Source: Pirellulales bacterium (lineage in GTDB: Bacteria; Planctomycetota; Planctomycetia; Pirellulales; PALSA-1355). From it: a stretch of 64,000 bases of DNA. Below, one piece after another: positions 1-14,579 of this stretch. The stretch lies in the NCBI GenBank assembly GCA_963733035.1, contig CAVTBU010000005.1:2592001-2656000 (forward strand). The letters are read 5' to 3'. The position numbers were made by a program, and so were the translations under genes. Below the pieces are notes generated by a model. It saw only the letters and a program-made list of their open reading frames with translations, was not told the origin of the DNA and made no database searches. The first letter of the stretch is position 1. Each line of letters opens with the position of its first letter.

Positions 1-1
1 G

Positions 2-1195
2 AGCATGATCTTTCGCGATCATGCTCTCAGCGACCAGATCGGTTTTCACTATCAGCGATATCACTCGGATCAGGCGGCCGAGGACTTGATTGGCAAGCTG
101 GAAGCGATCGGGCGGGCGACCGAGGCTCATTCCGCGCGGCGGCCGACGCTGGTTAGCATCATTCTCGACGGAGAGAACTGCTGGGAGTACTACCCGAACA
201 GCGGCGTCGAGTTCCTGCGGTCGCTGTACCACGGCATCGCGCGGCATCCGCGAATTCACGGCGTGCGCGTCCGCGATTACCTGGAAAAGCATCCTCCGAC
301 CGAACGTCTCGGGCATTTGTTTGCCGGTAGTTGGATCAGTCATAACTTCGGCATCTGGATCGGGCATCCGGCCTGCAATCGAGCCTGGGACCTGCTCTCG
401 GAGACGCGTGAAGTGCTCGTGCAGCAGGCCGCCAAAGTTGAGATCTCGCCCGCCAAACTAAAACAAGCTTGGGAGGAGCTCTTCATTGCCGAGGGGAGCG
501 ACTGGTTCTGGTGGTTCGACGACCGGCATTCCAGCGCTCAGGACTCGCTGTTTGATGAACTATTTCGCAAGCGTCTGCAAAACGTCTACGCGCTCGTCGG
601 CCTCGAGCCACCCGCCGCGCTACAGAAACCGATCGGTGGTGATCGCCGACACGTCGTGCCTTACACGCAGCCGACGGCACTGCTGCACGTGAAAGTAGAC
701 GGCCGCGAAACCTATTTCGAATGGCTCAACGCCGGCCTGTATAGCACCTCGACCGGACGCGGCACGATGAACATGGCCGACGTTCAACGGATCGAAAAGG
801 TGCTGTTCGGCTTTGACGACGACCGGCTGCTGCTCCGTTTTGACACGCAGGGCACGGCGCGCGATCGCCTGGTCGACGTCGATCAAATGCGAATCGCCTT
901 TCTGCAGCCGGCCGGGTTTGAACTCTTGATCAGCCACCCCGGCAAGCAGCGGTGCACGGCCCGCTTGTTTCACAACGAGGTGCCGGTCAGCGCGCCCGGA
1001 ATCGAAGTCGCGATCGGCACGATCCTGGAAGTGGCAATCCCGTGGCGGAGTCTGGCCGCCGCGGCGGGTGCTCCGCTGCACTTCGTGACTGAACTATATG
1101 TTGAGGAGCGTTCCATCGAACGCATACCCCAGGAGGGTGCGCTGGAGACGACCGTGCCCTCGCCCGACTTCGAACTGATGATGTGGCAGGCCTAG
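2..1195 (+). CDS. GH57 glycoside hydrolase (amylopullulanase-like), 5'-partial
   Basis: FRDHALSDQIGF, ILDGENCWE, GSWI and AEGSDWFWW are GH57 motifs; the frame is open to the window edge. Confidence 0.9.
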   Translation, partial: SMIFRDHALSDQIGFHYQRYHSDQAAEDLIGKLEAIGRATEAHSARRPTLVSIILDGENCWEYYPNSGVEFLRSLYHGIARHPRIHGVRVRDYLEKHPPTERLGHLFAGSWISHNFGIWIGHPACNRAWDLLSETREVLVQQAAKVEISPAKLKQAWEELFIAEGSDWFWWFDDRHSSAQDSLFDELFRKRLQNVYALVGLEPPAALQKPIGGDRRHVVPYTQPTALLHVKVDGRETYFEWLNAGLYSTSTGRGTMNMADVQRIEKVLFGFDDDRLLLRFDTQGTARDRLVDVDQMRIAFLQPAGFELLISHPGKQRCTARLFHNEVPVSAPGIEVAIGTILEVAIPWRSLAAAAGAPLHFVTELYVEERSIERIPQEGALETTVPSPDFELMMWQA

Positions 1196-1204
1196 AGACC
1201 TCCG

Positions 1205-2212
1205 ATGCCCGACTTGCGTAAAGATCCAATTGTCGGCCGCTGGGTGATTATCGCCAAAAACCGCGCCAAGCGGCCCCACGAGCTCATCGACGGCACCGCC
1301 ACGCGCCCCACGGGTTCGTTCTGTCCCTTCTGCGAGGGTCACGAGAACCACACCACGCCGGAGATTGCCGCCTATCGCACGCCCGGCACACACCACGACA
1401 AGCCAGGTTGGCGTGTGCGCGTCGTGCCCAACAAGTTTCCAGCGCTAGAAATCGAGGGTGAACTGGGCAAACGCGGGCAGGGGATGTACGACATGATGCG
1501 CGGCGTGGGCGCGCACGAAGTGATCGTTGAGAGTCCCAAACACCTGACCAGCACGACGGACCTGTCGGCCGAGGCGCTGCGCGACGTGTTCTGGATTTAT
1601 CGCGACCGGCTGCTCGATCTGCAGCGCGACAAGCGCCTGGTCTACGGCATGGTGTTCAAGAACGTGGGGGCGGCGGCGGGCGCCTCGCTGGAACACACGC
1701 ATAGCCAGCTGATCGTTACGCCGATTGTACCGATTAACGTGGCGGAAGAGATTGACGGGGCAAGCCAGTATTATCGATATCGCGGTCGGTGCGTGTATTG
1801 CGACATGGTCGAGCAGGAGTTGTCGCAGGAGAAACGAGTCGTGCTCGACTCCCCGGGGTTTGTGGCATTTTGTCCGTTCGCGGCCCGGTTTCCCTTCGAA
1901 ACCTGGATTGTCCCGATTCAGCACGCCAGTCACTACGAAACGCTATCGCGGCCCGCGGCCGAAGAATTGGGGCGCGTTATCAAACGCGTGATGGAGAAAA
2001 TCGAAACCGCGCTGGACCGGCCGGCGTACAACTATATCATTCACACGGCGCCGTTTGACACTCCTGCGTTGGGTCACTATCACTGGCATATAGAGATTAT
2101 TCCGCGCGTCACGAAGACAGCGGGCTTTGAATGGGGGACCGGTTTCTACATCAATCCGGTACCTCCGGAAGAGGCGGCGACCTTCATGCGATCGTTGGAA
2201 GCCGCCCCGTAA
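1205..2212 (+). CDS. galT: Galactose-1-phosphate uridylyltransferase family (GalT-like HIT nucleotidyltransferase)
   Basis: [25 protein letters not shown] (HxHxQ), [14 protein letters not shown]. Confidence 0.85.
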   Translation: MPDLRKDPIVGRWVIIAKNRAKRPHELIDGTATRPTGSFCPFCEGHENHTTPEIAAYRTPGTHHDKPGWRVRVVPNKFPALEIEGELGKRGQGMYDMMRGVGAHEVIVESPKHLTSTTDLSAEALRDVFWIYRDRLLDLQRDKRLVYGMVFKNVGAAAGASLEHTHSQLIVTPIVPINVAEEIDGASQYYRYRGRCVYCDMVEQELSQEKRVVLDSPGFVAFCPFAARFPFETWIVPIQHASHYETLSRPAAEELGRVIKRVMEKIETALDRPAYNYIIHTAPFDTPALGHYHWHIEIIPRVTKTAGFEWGTGFYINPVPPEEAATFMRSLEAAP

Positions 2213-2330
2213 GCGGCGCAAGAATTTCTGGCAAGGATGACTGGATAAACCGGGCTCTCTTTGCCGATCACAACTTTACATCGAGCCCTCCCTGCAAACC
2301 CTCGCCCAGCGCCAACTTCTAAAGCCCGCC

Positions 2331-4520
2331 ATGTCGAACAACGTCCGCCTCATTTTCGTCTGTCACGATCATCAACCCGTCGGCAACTTTGATCACGTCT
2401 TCGAGCAGGCGTATCAGGACAGTTACAAGCCGTTTCTCGACGTATTCGAGCCCTACGAGTCGCTCAAGATCGGCCTGCATACCAGCGGTCCGTTGATGGA
2501 GTGGCTCGACGTGAATCATCCCGAGTATCTCGACCGCGTGGCCGCCCTGGTTCAAGCCGGTCGCATCGAGGTCATCGGGGGCCCGTTCTACGAGCCGATC
2601 ATGTCGATGATCCCCCGGCACGATCGCGTCGGGCAGATTCAAACCTTCACTCGCTGGATCGAGCGGCGGCTCGGCACGCAAGTGACCGGGGCCTGGATTC
2701 CGGAGCGCGTGTGGGAACAGAGCATGACCAGCGACCTGGTGGCCGCCGGCATTCGATACACGATGCTCGACGACTTCCACTTCAAGAATGCCGGTCTCTC
2801 GGACGACGAGTTGCACGGCTACTACCTGACCGAGGACGACGGCAAGCTGCTGGCCGTGTTCCCCGACAGCGAGCCACTGCGGTACATGATTCCCTTTCAG
2901 ATGCCGCACGAGACGATCGACTATTTGGGCCGCCTGGCCGCCCGTCATCCTGGCGCCATCGCGGTGTTCGGCGACGATGGCGAGAAGTTTGGCGCCTGGC
3001 CCGAAACCAAAAAACACTGTTACGACGACGGCTGGTTGCGCAACTTCTTCGATTTGCTGGTGCAAAACGGCGAGTGGATTCAATCGGTCACGCCCTCCGA
3101 GGTGCTCGACACCACCGCGCCGCTGGGCCGCGTCTATCTGCCCGAAGGCAGCTATCGCGAGATGACCGAATGGGTGCTGCCAGCCGAGCAGCTGGCGGAA
3201 TACGTCGCGGTTCGCCGCGAGTTGGAACACGACCCACGCTGGCCCCGCATCGCGCGGTTCGTCCGGGGCGGGTTTTGGCGCAACTTCCGGGTGAAGTATC
3301 CGGAAGCCAACGAGATGTACACCCGTATGATGATGGTCAGCAAGAAACTACAAGCCGCCCTTGAGGCCGGTGCCCAGCGCGACCTGGTCGATCAGGCCCG
3401 CACGGCCCTGTATCGGGGCCAGTGCAACTGTGCATACTGGCATGGCGCCTTTGGCGGCGTCTACCTGCCGCATTTGCGGAATGCGATTTTTCAGCAGCTT
3501 ATCACTGCCGACACGTTGCTCGACAAAGCACTCGGCAAGCCGGCCGAATGGGTCGAGCTGATCTCCGACGACTACACGTTCGACGGCTGGCAGGAAGTTC
3601 AGCTCGCGGGCGACCACCTGACGGCGCTGCTGGCACCGGGCAAAGGGGGCATGATCTACGAGCTCGATGTCCGCCAGATCGCCCACAATCTGCTGGCCAC
3701 GTTCACCCGTAAACCCGAGGCTTACCATCGCAAGGTGCTCGCCGGCGCCGACGACCGCAACGACGTAGCGGGCGTGATGGACAAAGTCATCTTCAAGCAA
3801 GAAGGGCTCGACGAGCGGATTCAATACGACAACCATCCTCGCAAGAGCCTGATCGACCACTTCTACGACCCACAGACCACCCTGGCCGCCGTGGCCCAGG
3901 GCGAGGCGCCCGAGCGGGCCGACTTCCACCTGCGTCCCTACGAAGCCCGCCTGCGTCGCAATCCCAAGCGGATGCAAGTTCAGCTTACATGCCAGGGGAT
4001 GGTCGGCGACGTGCCGCTCAAGCTGACTAAGAGCGTGACGCTGGCCGCCGGCAGCTCGACGCTCGAAATCGGCTACCTGCTCGAAGGCCTGCCGCAAGAC
4101 CGCACGCTGCACTTCAGTCCCGAGTTCAATTTCGCCGGCCTGCCCTCGGGCGCCGACGATCGATATTTCTACGGTCACGATCGCCAACGTTTCGGACAAC
4201 TAAGCACCCGGCTCGATCTGCACGATGCGGGCGAGCTCGGCCTGGTGGATGAATGGCTCGGTGTGGACGTGAATCTGGCTTTCTCACGTTCAACCGGGCT
4301 CTGGACTTTCCCAATCGAGAGCGTCAGCCAGTCGGAGGGCGGATTCGAACTGGTGCATCAATCGGTCGCCGTACAGCCGCACTGGTTCGTGCAAGGCGAC
4401 GAGAACGGCCGCTGGTCGGTTTCGATCCACCTGAATATCGACACCTCGCTTGCTGAAAGCCGCCGCGACCAGAATCAATCGAACAAGCAAGACGATCTGG
4501 CATTCCAGCACACGGCCTAG
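2331..4520 (+). CDS. GH57 alpha-amylase/4-alpha-glucanotransferase (DUF1925/DUF1926)
   Basis: HDHQPVGN, WIPERVWE, GDDGEKFG, QCNCAYWHG, SQSEGGFE. Confidence 0.9.
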   Translation: MSNNVRLIFVCHDHQPVGNFDHVFEQAYQDSYKPFLDVFEPYESLKIGLHTSGPLMEWLDVNHPEYLDRVAALVQAGRIEVIGGPFYEPIMSMIPRHDRVGQIQTFTRWIERRLGTQVTGAWIPERVWEQSMTSDLVAAGIRYTMLDDFHFKNAGLSDDELHGYYLTEDDGKLLAVFPDSEPLRYMIPFQMPHETIDYLGRLAARHPGAIAVFGDDGEKFGAWPETKKHCYDDGWLRNFFDLLVQNGEWIQSVTPSEVLDTTAPLGRVYLPEGSYREMTEWVLPAEQLAEYVAVRRELEHDPRWPRIARFVRGGFWRNFRVKYPEANEMYTRMMMVSKKLQAALEAGAQRDLVDQARTALYRGQCNCAYWHGAFGGVYLPHLRNAIFQQLITADTLLDKALGKPAEWVELISDDYTFDGWQEVQLAGDHLTALLAPGKGGMIYELDVRQIAHNLLATFTRKPEAYHRKVLAGADDRNDVAGVMDKVIFKQEGLDERIQYDNHPRKSLIDHFYDPQTTLAAVAQGEAPERADFHLRPYEARLRRNPKRMQVQLTCQGMVGDVPLKLTKSVTLAAGSSTLEIGYLLEGLPQDRTLHFSPEFNFAGLPSGADDRYFYGHDRQRFGQLSTRLDLHDAGELGLVDEWLGVDVNLAFSRSTGLWTFPIESVSQSEGGFELVHQSVAVQPHWFVQGDENGRWSVSIHLNIDTSLAESRRDQNQSNKQDDLAFQHTA

Positions 4521-4544
4521 GTTCGTCGTGCTACGAGCTCTTGG

Positions 4545-4583
4545 AGCGGGGGGTGCAACTCCTGGTCGAGTTGCGTCCCCGCT
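4545..4583. terminator. Hairpin between convergent genes
   Basis: gcgggg..tgcaactc / gagttgcgtccccgc inverted repeat between the stops at 4520 and 4585. Confidence 0.5.
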
Positions 4584-4584
4584 T

Positions 4585-5935
4585 CTATTTGGCAGCCTCC
4601 GCGGGTGCCTGGTCGAGCTCTTCATCGGTGGAGATGCCGCCGGGAGCCGCCGGTCTTTCGTCCGGCAGATCGTGTCCGTCCAAGCGACCGTAGCGCCGCA
4701 GCTCCGGCACGCTCGCCGCCGCCACCAGCACGACCACCAGCGTTCCCAGTCCCCCAAACACGACGGCAAACACGGCGGAAGTAAGCCGTGCCAGCGTGCC
4801 GGATTCGAACTCGCCAAGCTCGTTCGAGGCGCTGATGAACATGCCGCTAATGGCTGATACTCGGCCGCGCATTCGGTCGGGCGTGAGCATCTGCACCAGC
4901 GTATGGCGAATGATGACGCTCACGCAGTCGAAGGCGCCCATTGAAAGTAGCGCCAAAAACGACAGCACGAACGACCGCGAGATTCCGAACACAAACGTCG
5001 AAACGCCAAATCCGGCGACGGACCACAGGAGCGATCGGCCCGCCTTGGCCATCGGCGGACGATGCATCATGGCCAGCGACATCGTCAGCGCACCGATCGA
5101 TTCGGCGGCCGCCAACCAGCCGTAACCGACTGGTCCCACTTCCAGGATGTCCTTGGCGAAGATCGGCAGCAAGGCTTTCGCTTCGCTGAGCAGCACGGCG
5201 AACATGTCGAGTGCCATGGCACCCAGAATCACCTTGTTTCGCCAGACGAACTCAAAGCCCTCGACCAGCGTCCGCATCGTGGCCGCCTGGGGCGTAAACT
5301 CCGACGGGCGGCGTTCGACGCGCGTCAGCAGCAGGATAAACACGGCCGCGGCCACCGCCTGGTACAAATAGGCGAAGTAAGCCTGGCCGAGCAGCCGCCA
5401 GCGACAAGCCACCAAGCGCCGGCCCGACGGCAGCCGCAAGTTGAAAGCCACCCAGGTTCCAGGTTACCGCGTTGGCGAACACCGATCGCGGCACCAGTTG
5501 CGGCAGCAGCGAACTCTTGGCCGGTTGTTGAAAGGCTCGGGCCACGCCGATCATGAACAAGCAGCCGTAAAGCCCCACGATGTGCCATTGAAAGAATGAG
5601 ACCGCGGCTAATCCTAGAGAAGCCAGGAGATTTAGCGCCAGCGCGCAACTCAAAACGATGCGTCGGTCGAATCGGTCAGCCACGTGCCCGCCGACCAAGG
5701 CCAGCGAGAGCACCGGCACGACCAGTACCAATCCAACCAGGCCGATGCTGAACGGATCGCCAGTCCGCTTGTAAACCTCCCACACCACGGTCACCGACTG
5801 CATTTGCATGCCCAGGATCGACAGCATGTTGCCGAACCAATACTTGCGGAAGTTGCCGCTACGAATGGCGGCATACGCATCGTGAACCGGGGGCGAGGGA
5901 GACGGGCTGGAATCGTCGGAGTTAGGCGTGCTCAC
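4585..5935 (-). CDS. MFS transporter (MFS_3-like), one frameshift near 5397
   Basis: ORFs 5252-6025 and 4585-5451 join into one MFS protein (GHVADRFDRR; PDRMRGRV); GTG start inferred at 5935. Confidence 0.8.
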
Positions 5936-6103
5936 AGGTCCATTATGGCAAGCCCCCGGCCACAGGTAAGACCCTTCGCAAAATCCAAACGCTCCGGCGC
6001 GGTTCCACGATGGGCAAGCATCCACTCAGCCAACGTGCGCCCGATGGTCGACTGTGCGACAAACCATGCCCGGGTTGCTCGTTCGCGCATCGGCGCGGCA
6101 CGG

Positions 6104-7474
6104 CTAGGCCGGCAATAGTTCGGCGATGGGCGTGCCGTCGGCAGGAACCGGGATCGGCCGGCCCGAGAAGTCGGGGAACTGCAATCCCGTGGTTTGGATA
6201 CCCAAATGGCGGTAGATGGTCGCCAGAAAGTCGGACACGCCGACGCGCCGTTCGACCGCCTCGGCGCCGTTGCGGTCGGTCGCGCCGATCACCTGCCCCG
6301 TCCGCATTCCGCCGCCGGCAAACAACAACGAAGTTGCCAGCGGCCAATGATCTCGCCCCGGCTGGCCGTTGGCATAGCTGATCTTGGGCGTGCGACCGAA
6401 CTCGCCGGTGACCACGACCATCACGCGTCGGTCGAGTCCACGGTCGTATAGGTCCTCAATGAGAGCGGTAACGGCCTGATCGAAGTTTGGGGCTCGGAAT
6501 TTCATCACGTCGAATACGTGATGATTGACGGCATGATCGTCCCAGTTCTGGACTTTGCCAGCCTCGGGTCCGGCGAGCGAAGTCGTAACCAGATCGACTC
6601 CGGCTTCGACTAACCGGCGTGCCAGCAGGCATTGTTGGCCCCAACACGTACGCCCGTAGCGATCGCGCGTGCGAGACTCCTCTGTGGAAAGATCGAATGC
6701 CTCGCGCGTGGCAGGTGAGGTCAACATATTCCAGGCTTGCTCTTCGAACGTGTCGAGTGCCTCCATGTTGCCCCCCAGATCCAACGCACCACGCATCCGA
6801 TCGAACTGCTGGCGCAACCCACGCCGAGTCTCAATGCGCGCGGCTCGCTCCGAGGAATCGACCTGCACATTCTGGACGCGGAAGTCCGGCGCGTTCGGAT
6901 TGCCGTACACCGTGAACGGCTCGTAATTCAAACCGAGATACGCCGGACCCGTGTAGGGTACCGGAGGCACGCCGACGTAGTTCGGCAATGCGCGGCTGTT
7001 GTCGTTGCGCATCAGACTAGCAATCGAGAAGCAATCCGGATGGTCAGGCTTATTGCGCAGTTCGCGTACCGGGTGCCCGGTAAACATCTGCTGCACGCCT
7101 TGTTGATGACAGAACCCGGAATGCACCAGCGAGCGGAGAATATTGAAGCGGTGCGCCAGCTTGGCGTGTCGTGGCAAAAGTTCGCAGAACTGTGTCCCGG
7201 GCACGCTCGTCGAAATCGGCCGATACGGTCCGCGAATGTCGTCCGGCGCCAGCGGCTTCGGGTCGTAGGTTTCGAAATGCGACGCGCCACCGTGTAGCCA
7301 AATGACAATCAGTGCCGTACGCTCGCGAGAAGCCGGACCGGCCGCCCGGGCACGCAGTTGCAAGAGCCCCGGCAAGCTCAAGGAAGCCAACCCGGCCAGG
7401 CCGCAGCGCAGAAACTCTCGCCGCTGGGGAGCCTGCGCAAGTCGCGTGTTCGATGGACTAGGGTGGCACGGCAT
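6104..7474 (-). CDS. DUF1501 protein with Tat-like signal
   Basis: QRREFL, GGASHFETYDPKP, LLARRLVEAGV, WDDH, GEFGRTP, GRDHW. Confidence 0.9.
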   Translation of the reverse strand: MPCHPSPSNTRLAQAPQRREFLRCGLAGLASLSLPGLLQLRARAAGPASRERTALIVIWLHGGASHFETYDPKPLAPDDIRGPYRPISTSVPGTQFCELLPRHAKLAHRFNILRSLVHSGFCHQQGVQQMFTGHPVRELRNKPDHPDCFSIASLMRNDNSRALPNYVGVPPVPYTGPAYLGLNYEPFTVYGNPNAPDFRVQNVQVDSSERAARIETRRGLRQQFDRMRGALDLGGNMEALDTFEEQAWNMLTSPATREAFDLSTEESRTRDRYGRTCWGQQCLLARRLVEAGVDLVTTSLAGPEAGKVQNWDDHAVNHHVFDVMKFRAPNFDQAVTALIEDLYDRGLDRRVMVVVTGEFGRTPKISYANGQPGRDHWPLATSLLFAGGGMRTGQVIGATDRNGAEAVERRVGVSDFLATIYRHLGIQTTGLQFPDFSGRPIPVPADGTPIAELLPA

Positions 7475-7622
7475 GCCGGAAACTCCGGGTGGCGGGAGCA
7501 CGCCCGCATTGTAGTGATTTCGCGATACGCAAGGAAGCAAATTGCCGGCACCGGCTTGCATGGTACTTGCCCCTCAAGCATGATGGCGATCAAGATTTGC
7601 TCCACATCGAGGCTAGACAACT

Positions 7623-10630
<3,008 letters not shown>

Positions 10631-10668
10631 TGATTCGCGTGCGAACGACCTGCGCGAATCAACGATCT

Positions 10669-11436
10669 TTACTTCTGATACACCTCGTCCAGGAAGCGAC
10701 GCGTTGCTTCCTGGCGGGGTGCGTCAAAGATCTGCTCGGTCGGACCGCTTTCCACGATGCGTCCCGTTTCAAAAACGTGCAAGGTTTGGGCAGCCCGACG
10801 CGCAAGGCGCAGCGAATGGGTCACCACGATCATCGTTTGGCCGCTGGCGGCGAGTTCCGTTATCACGGCTTCGACCTCCGCCGCCATGCGCGGATCAAGG
10901 GCGCTCGTCGGCTCGTCAAACAATAACACCTCGGGTTGCATTGCCAGGGCTCGCGCGATGGCGACTCGCTGCTGCTGGCCTCCAGAGAGCATGTCGGGCA
11001 TGTGCTCTAGCTTGTCGGCCAGTCCAACTCGCTCGAGCAGCGCCTTGGCGCGCGACACGGCCTCGTCGCGCGATAAACCGAGCACGTGGATGGGCGCTTC
11101 AACCACGTTGCCCAGAGCCGTGCGATGAGGAAACAGATTGAACTGTTGAAAAACCATCCCCACCCGGCGCCGCACGCGCTGCAAGAGCCGCGACTTCGTG
11201 TCGCTGGGGATCTCGGGGCTGAGCACTTCGCCCGCCACGTCAACCTCGCCGCCCTGAAAATCTTCCAAGCCGTTGAGGCAGCGGAGCAATGTCGTCTTTC
11301 CACCGCCAGAGGGACCAATGATGCCGCACACTTCGCCCGCGGCAACGGTTAGCGAAACGTCGTCGAGAATGACTTGGCCGTCGAATCGCTTCACGAGCGA
11401 ACGAACCGCAACGGCAGGTACCGCGTCGTGGCTCAT
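10669..11436 (-). CDS. Polar amino-acid ABC transporter ATP-binding protein
   Basis: GPSGGGKT, LSGGQQQRVAIARAL, LFDEPTSALD; ATG overlaps the upstream stop. Confidence 0.9.
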   Translation of the reverse strand: MSHDAVPAVAVRSLVKRFDGQVILDDVSLTVAAGEVCGIIGPSGGGKTTLLRCLNGLEDFQGGEVDVAGEVLSPEIPSDTKSRLLQRVRRRVGMVFQQFNLFPHRTALGNVVEAPIHVLGLSRDEAVSRAKALLERVGLADKLEHMPDMLSGGQQQRVAIARALAMQPEVLLFDEPTSALDPRMAAEVEAVITELAASGQTMIVVTHSLRLARRAAQTLHVFETGRIVESGPTEQIFDAPRQEATRRFLDEVYQK

Positions 11437-12962
11437 CGTCGGTGTCCTCCCAGCCGCCGGCCATCCATCCGTTTTTCCAAGTACGATGCCAGGCGTGCCA
11501 GCGGAATGCTCATCAGCAGGTAGAGCAGGGCGGTCAGGGCGGCAAGTTCCACGGTCGCGCCCGTGTCGTTGCGCTGCACGCTGTATTGTTTTGTGAGCTC
11601 CATCACGGTGATCACCGAGCAGACACTGGTGTCCTTGAACATCGCAATGAAGTCGTTGGTCACCGGCGGCACCACGATTCTCACAGCCTGTGGTACGATG
11701 ATCCGGCGCAACGCGAGCGACTGCGACATGCCAAGCGACAACGCCGCTTCCATCTGCCCGCGCGGTACGGCCTGCAAACCGGCACGGTAGATCTCCGCCT
11801 CGTACGCCGAGTAGTTGATCGCCAGTCCGGCCACCGCCGCGTAGAAAGCCGGAATCGCAATGCCGACTTCCGGCAACAGGTAGAACACCACATACAGTTG
11901 CAACAGCAGCGGCGTGCCGCGCAGCACCTCGACGTAGCCGATCGCCAGCCAGCGTAGCGGCGCGGGGCCGAACAGCCGCAACAGCGCGATGCCAAGTCCC
12001 AGCGCCATCGCCAGCGGCATGGAAACGCAAGCCAGCAGAATCGTCATGCCGGCCGCTTCCACCAGCAGCCAGCCGCGGCTCTTGATGACGCCCCAGCCGC
12101 GCAGCTCCGTGGCCCGAATGCCCAATTGCTCGTCACTTTGGCGGTCGAGCGTCGCCAGCTCCTGCTGCACGTCGTTCCATAGACCGTACCGCGTATAGAG
12201 CTCCTCGAGCTGTCCGCTGGCCAGTGCGTTGCCAATGGCGACATTGAGCGCGTTGCGCAGCGCTTCGTCACCGGGTCGAACAAAAATCACGTAGTAACCG
12301 CGCCCAACCGGCTGACCAATCTGCGTGAGCTTCGTAAAGCGGTCGCGATAGAATACAACCGCCGGCAAGTCGGCCAACGTCGCGTCGAGCTTCCCGGTTT
12401 CGACCTCGCGCATCGCGTCGGTCGTGCCTTCGTAGATCACGAGCTCCGCGTCGTCGGCATAGTGGTCTTCGAGATACGACTGCGCGGCGGACGCTTCCAG
12501 CACGCCAATCTTCAGCTTGGGTTGCTTCGGGTCGCGATGTTTCAGGTCGTCCCAACTCGTCAGCCGCGGGTTGTCTCGCCTGCCAAGCAGTATCAGCTGA
12601 TAGATGTAGTAGGGGCGGGTATGCGGATAGCGGCCGGCCCGCGCCGGCGTCAGTTCATAGCCGTTGAGGACGATGTCGATTTGGCGCGTCCCCAACAGGT
12701 CGAGCAAATTGTGCCATGGACCTTGAAAGAAACGTGGCGAGACGCCCAGATCGGTGGCCAGCAACTTGGCCAGCTCGGCTTCAAAGCCAATCATCGTGCG
12801 GGGATCTTGCGGATCGGGATAGACGTAGGGCCCGCCCCCCTCGGCATCGGCGCCCCAAATGAGTGTGCCGCGCTCCTCGATTGCCGCCAGCGTATCTTCG
12901 CCGCGCGCAGCCGTGCCGACAACGTAGGCGAACGACAAGAATAGGCAAACGAGAGCCCGCAT
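11433..12962 (-). CDS. Fused amino-acid ABC substrate-binding/permease protein
   Basis: SBP family-3 N-terminus followed by RGTPLLLQL and YEAEIYRAG..GQMEAA permease motifs. Confidence 0.9.
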   Translation of the reverse strand: MRALVCLFLSFAYVVGTAARGEDTLAAIEERGTLIWGADAEGGGPYVYPDPQDPRTMIGFEAELAKLLATDLGVSPRFFQGPWHNLLDLLGTRQIDIVLNGYELTPARAGRYPHTRPYYIYQLILLGRRDNPRLTSWDDLKHRDPKQPKLKIGVLEASAAQSYLEDHYADDAELVIYEGTTDAMREVETGKLDATLADLPAVVFYRDRFTKLTQIGQPVGRGYYVIFVRPGDEALRNALNVAIGNALASGQLEELYTRYGLWNDVQQELATLDRQSDEQLGIRATELRGWGVIKSRGWLLVEAAGMTILLACVSMPLAMALGLGIALLRLFGPAPLRWLAIGYVEVLRGTPLLLQLYVVFYLLPEVGIAIPAFYAAVAGLAINYSAYEAEIYRAGLQAVPRGQMEAALSLGMSQSLALRRIIVPQAVRIVVPPVTNDFIAMFKDTSVCSVITVMELTKQYSVQRNDTGATVELAALTALLYLLMSIPLARLASYLEKRMDGRRLGGHRR

Positions 12963-13016
12963 CGTGGCTCAAGTGTAACCGACCGCCCGTCCGAGACTAG
13001 AGCAGCCGCGCCGCGG

Positions 13017-14274
13017 CTATTGGCCGGCGTTTTCAATCCGATACAGATGCGTATCGCTGCGCAAGAAGATGGCGTCATCGACAATGGCCAACGAGGCCTG
13101 CGTGTGACCATCGAGTTGATTCGTGGCCAACAGCTCGTACTCTCGGCCCGGTTTGAGCACGTAGGTTTTGCCAGAATCGTCCAGGCAATAGATCCGCCCC
13201 GCGGCATAAACGGGCGAGGCCCAAAAGTTGCTGCCGAGTCGCTGTTGCCAGCGTTGCTTGCTCGTCGCAACATCGAAGCACGCGGCAATGCCCGCGTCGG
13301 TGATCGTATAAAGCTCGTCACCCACGATCAGCGGCGAGGGATCCATGGGCACGAGGCTCCCTTTTTTCATGGTCCAGACGGCGTTCGACCGGGTCACGTC
13401 TCCCCGGCCGCCGGCACGAATGGCGTGAAACACCGGATCGCCAAAGCCGCTCGAGAAGAACAGCATCCCGCGCGAAAACGGGCATCGAAACATTCGAGTA
13501 ACCGTCGAACGAGAAGTACCAAATCTCCTCGCCGGTCGAAGGTTCGTAGGCGACAACTTCGTCGCTCCCCAGCGAGACGAGCTGCGTGCGACCGTCAATC
13601 TCCAGCAAGAGCGGCGTGCAGTAGGCCATCGGCACCGGTTTTTCGCCACTCTTGCGAGCTTCGCTGATGTGTGCCCGGTCGCGCTTCCAGCGAATGTCGC
13701 CCGTACGTTTGTCGAGCGCGACGACAAACTGAATGTCCGAGCCATCGCAATTGACGATCAACAAATCCTTCCAGATGACTGGCGAACCTCCAGGCCCATG
13801 GCGATGGTCGTACTTCAGCGCCTGCGTTTTCCAAAGGACCTTGCCGTCGGTCGACAAGCAGGCCGTTCCATGAGCACCAAAGTGAACGTAGACACGGTTG
13901 CCCTCGATATACGGCGTGGGCGAGGCGTGGCTGTTGTTGGCATGAATCGAACCGGGATCGTCCAATTGGAAGATCTCAACATCGTGCAGGAGCTTGCCAC
14001 TGGTGCGGTCAACGCAGATGGCACGCAGCGAATGCCCGTCGTCCGTGGCGGTCGTCAGCCAGATCTGTTCGCCGGCCACCGAGGGTGATGACCAGCCCGT
14101 GCCCGGAATGGCCGTCTTCCAGGTAATGTTTTCCGTCTCGCTCCAGGTGAGCGGTACGTCGGTCGAGGTGGAATGCCCCATCGCATCCGGTCCGCGAAAC
14201 TGGGGCCAATCGGCGGCATCGGCCGGGGCGGACAGCAATCCCAGCAACAACACCGTGCAAAGCAATCGATTCAT
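13017..14274 (-). CDS. PQQ-binding-like beta-propeller protein, frameshift near 13470
   Basis: DWPQFRGP, GWSSP, NSHASPTP, SPVYAAGRIY across ORFs 13318-14319 and 13017-13745. Confidence 0.85.
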
Positions 14275-14579
14275 CGGCAGGAGACTCACGGGTGGGAAAC
14301 AGGGGCGGGTGGGGTTCACTAACTGAACATCCTGGCCGACAGACGTGCCACATGCAACTGCAACAAAAAACTGCGAATTCGACCGGGCAAACGGCCAACC
14401 CGAGCAACGAAGGCAGCCTCCCGGGCGAATCTTGGCAGAACCGTCTCCTTCATCACAAATTCAGGTCAGAAGGCGCAACTTTGGCCAACAACCCACGGAA
14501 CGCTACACTCGGCCAAGATTCGACATCGCCGGGCGAAGTAGGCTGTAACCGACCGCTGCATTCTCCAGGAGCATTTCCC

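Noticed and set aside
14421..14537. 11-bp inverted repeat cgaatcttggc/gccaagattcg between divergent genes
   Set aside because: Single short match with a long spacer; may be chance, no further support
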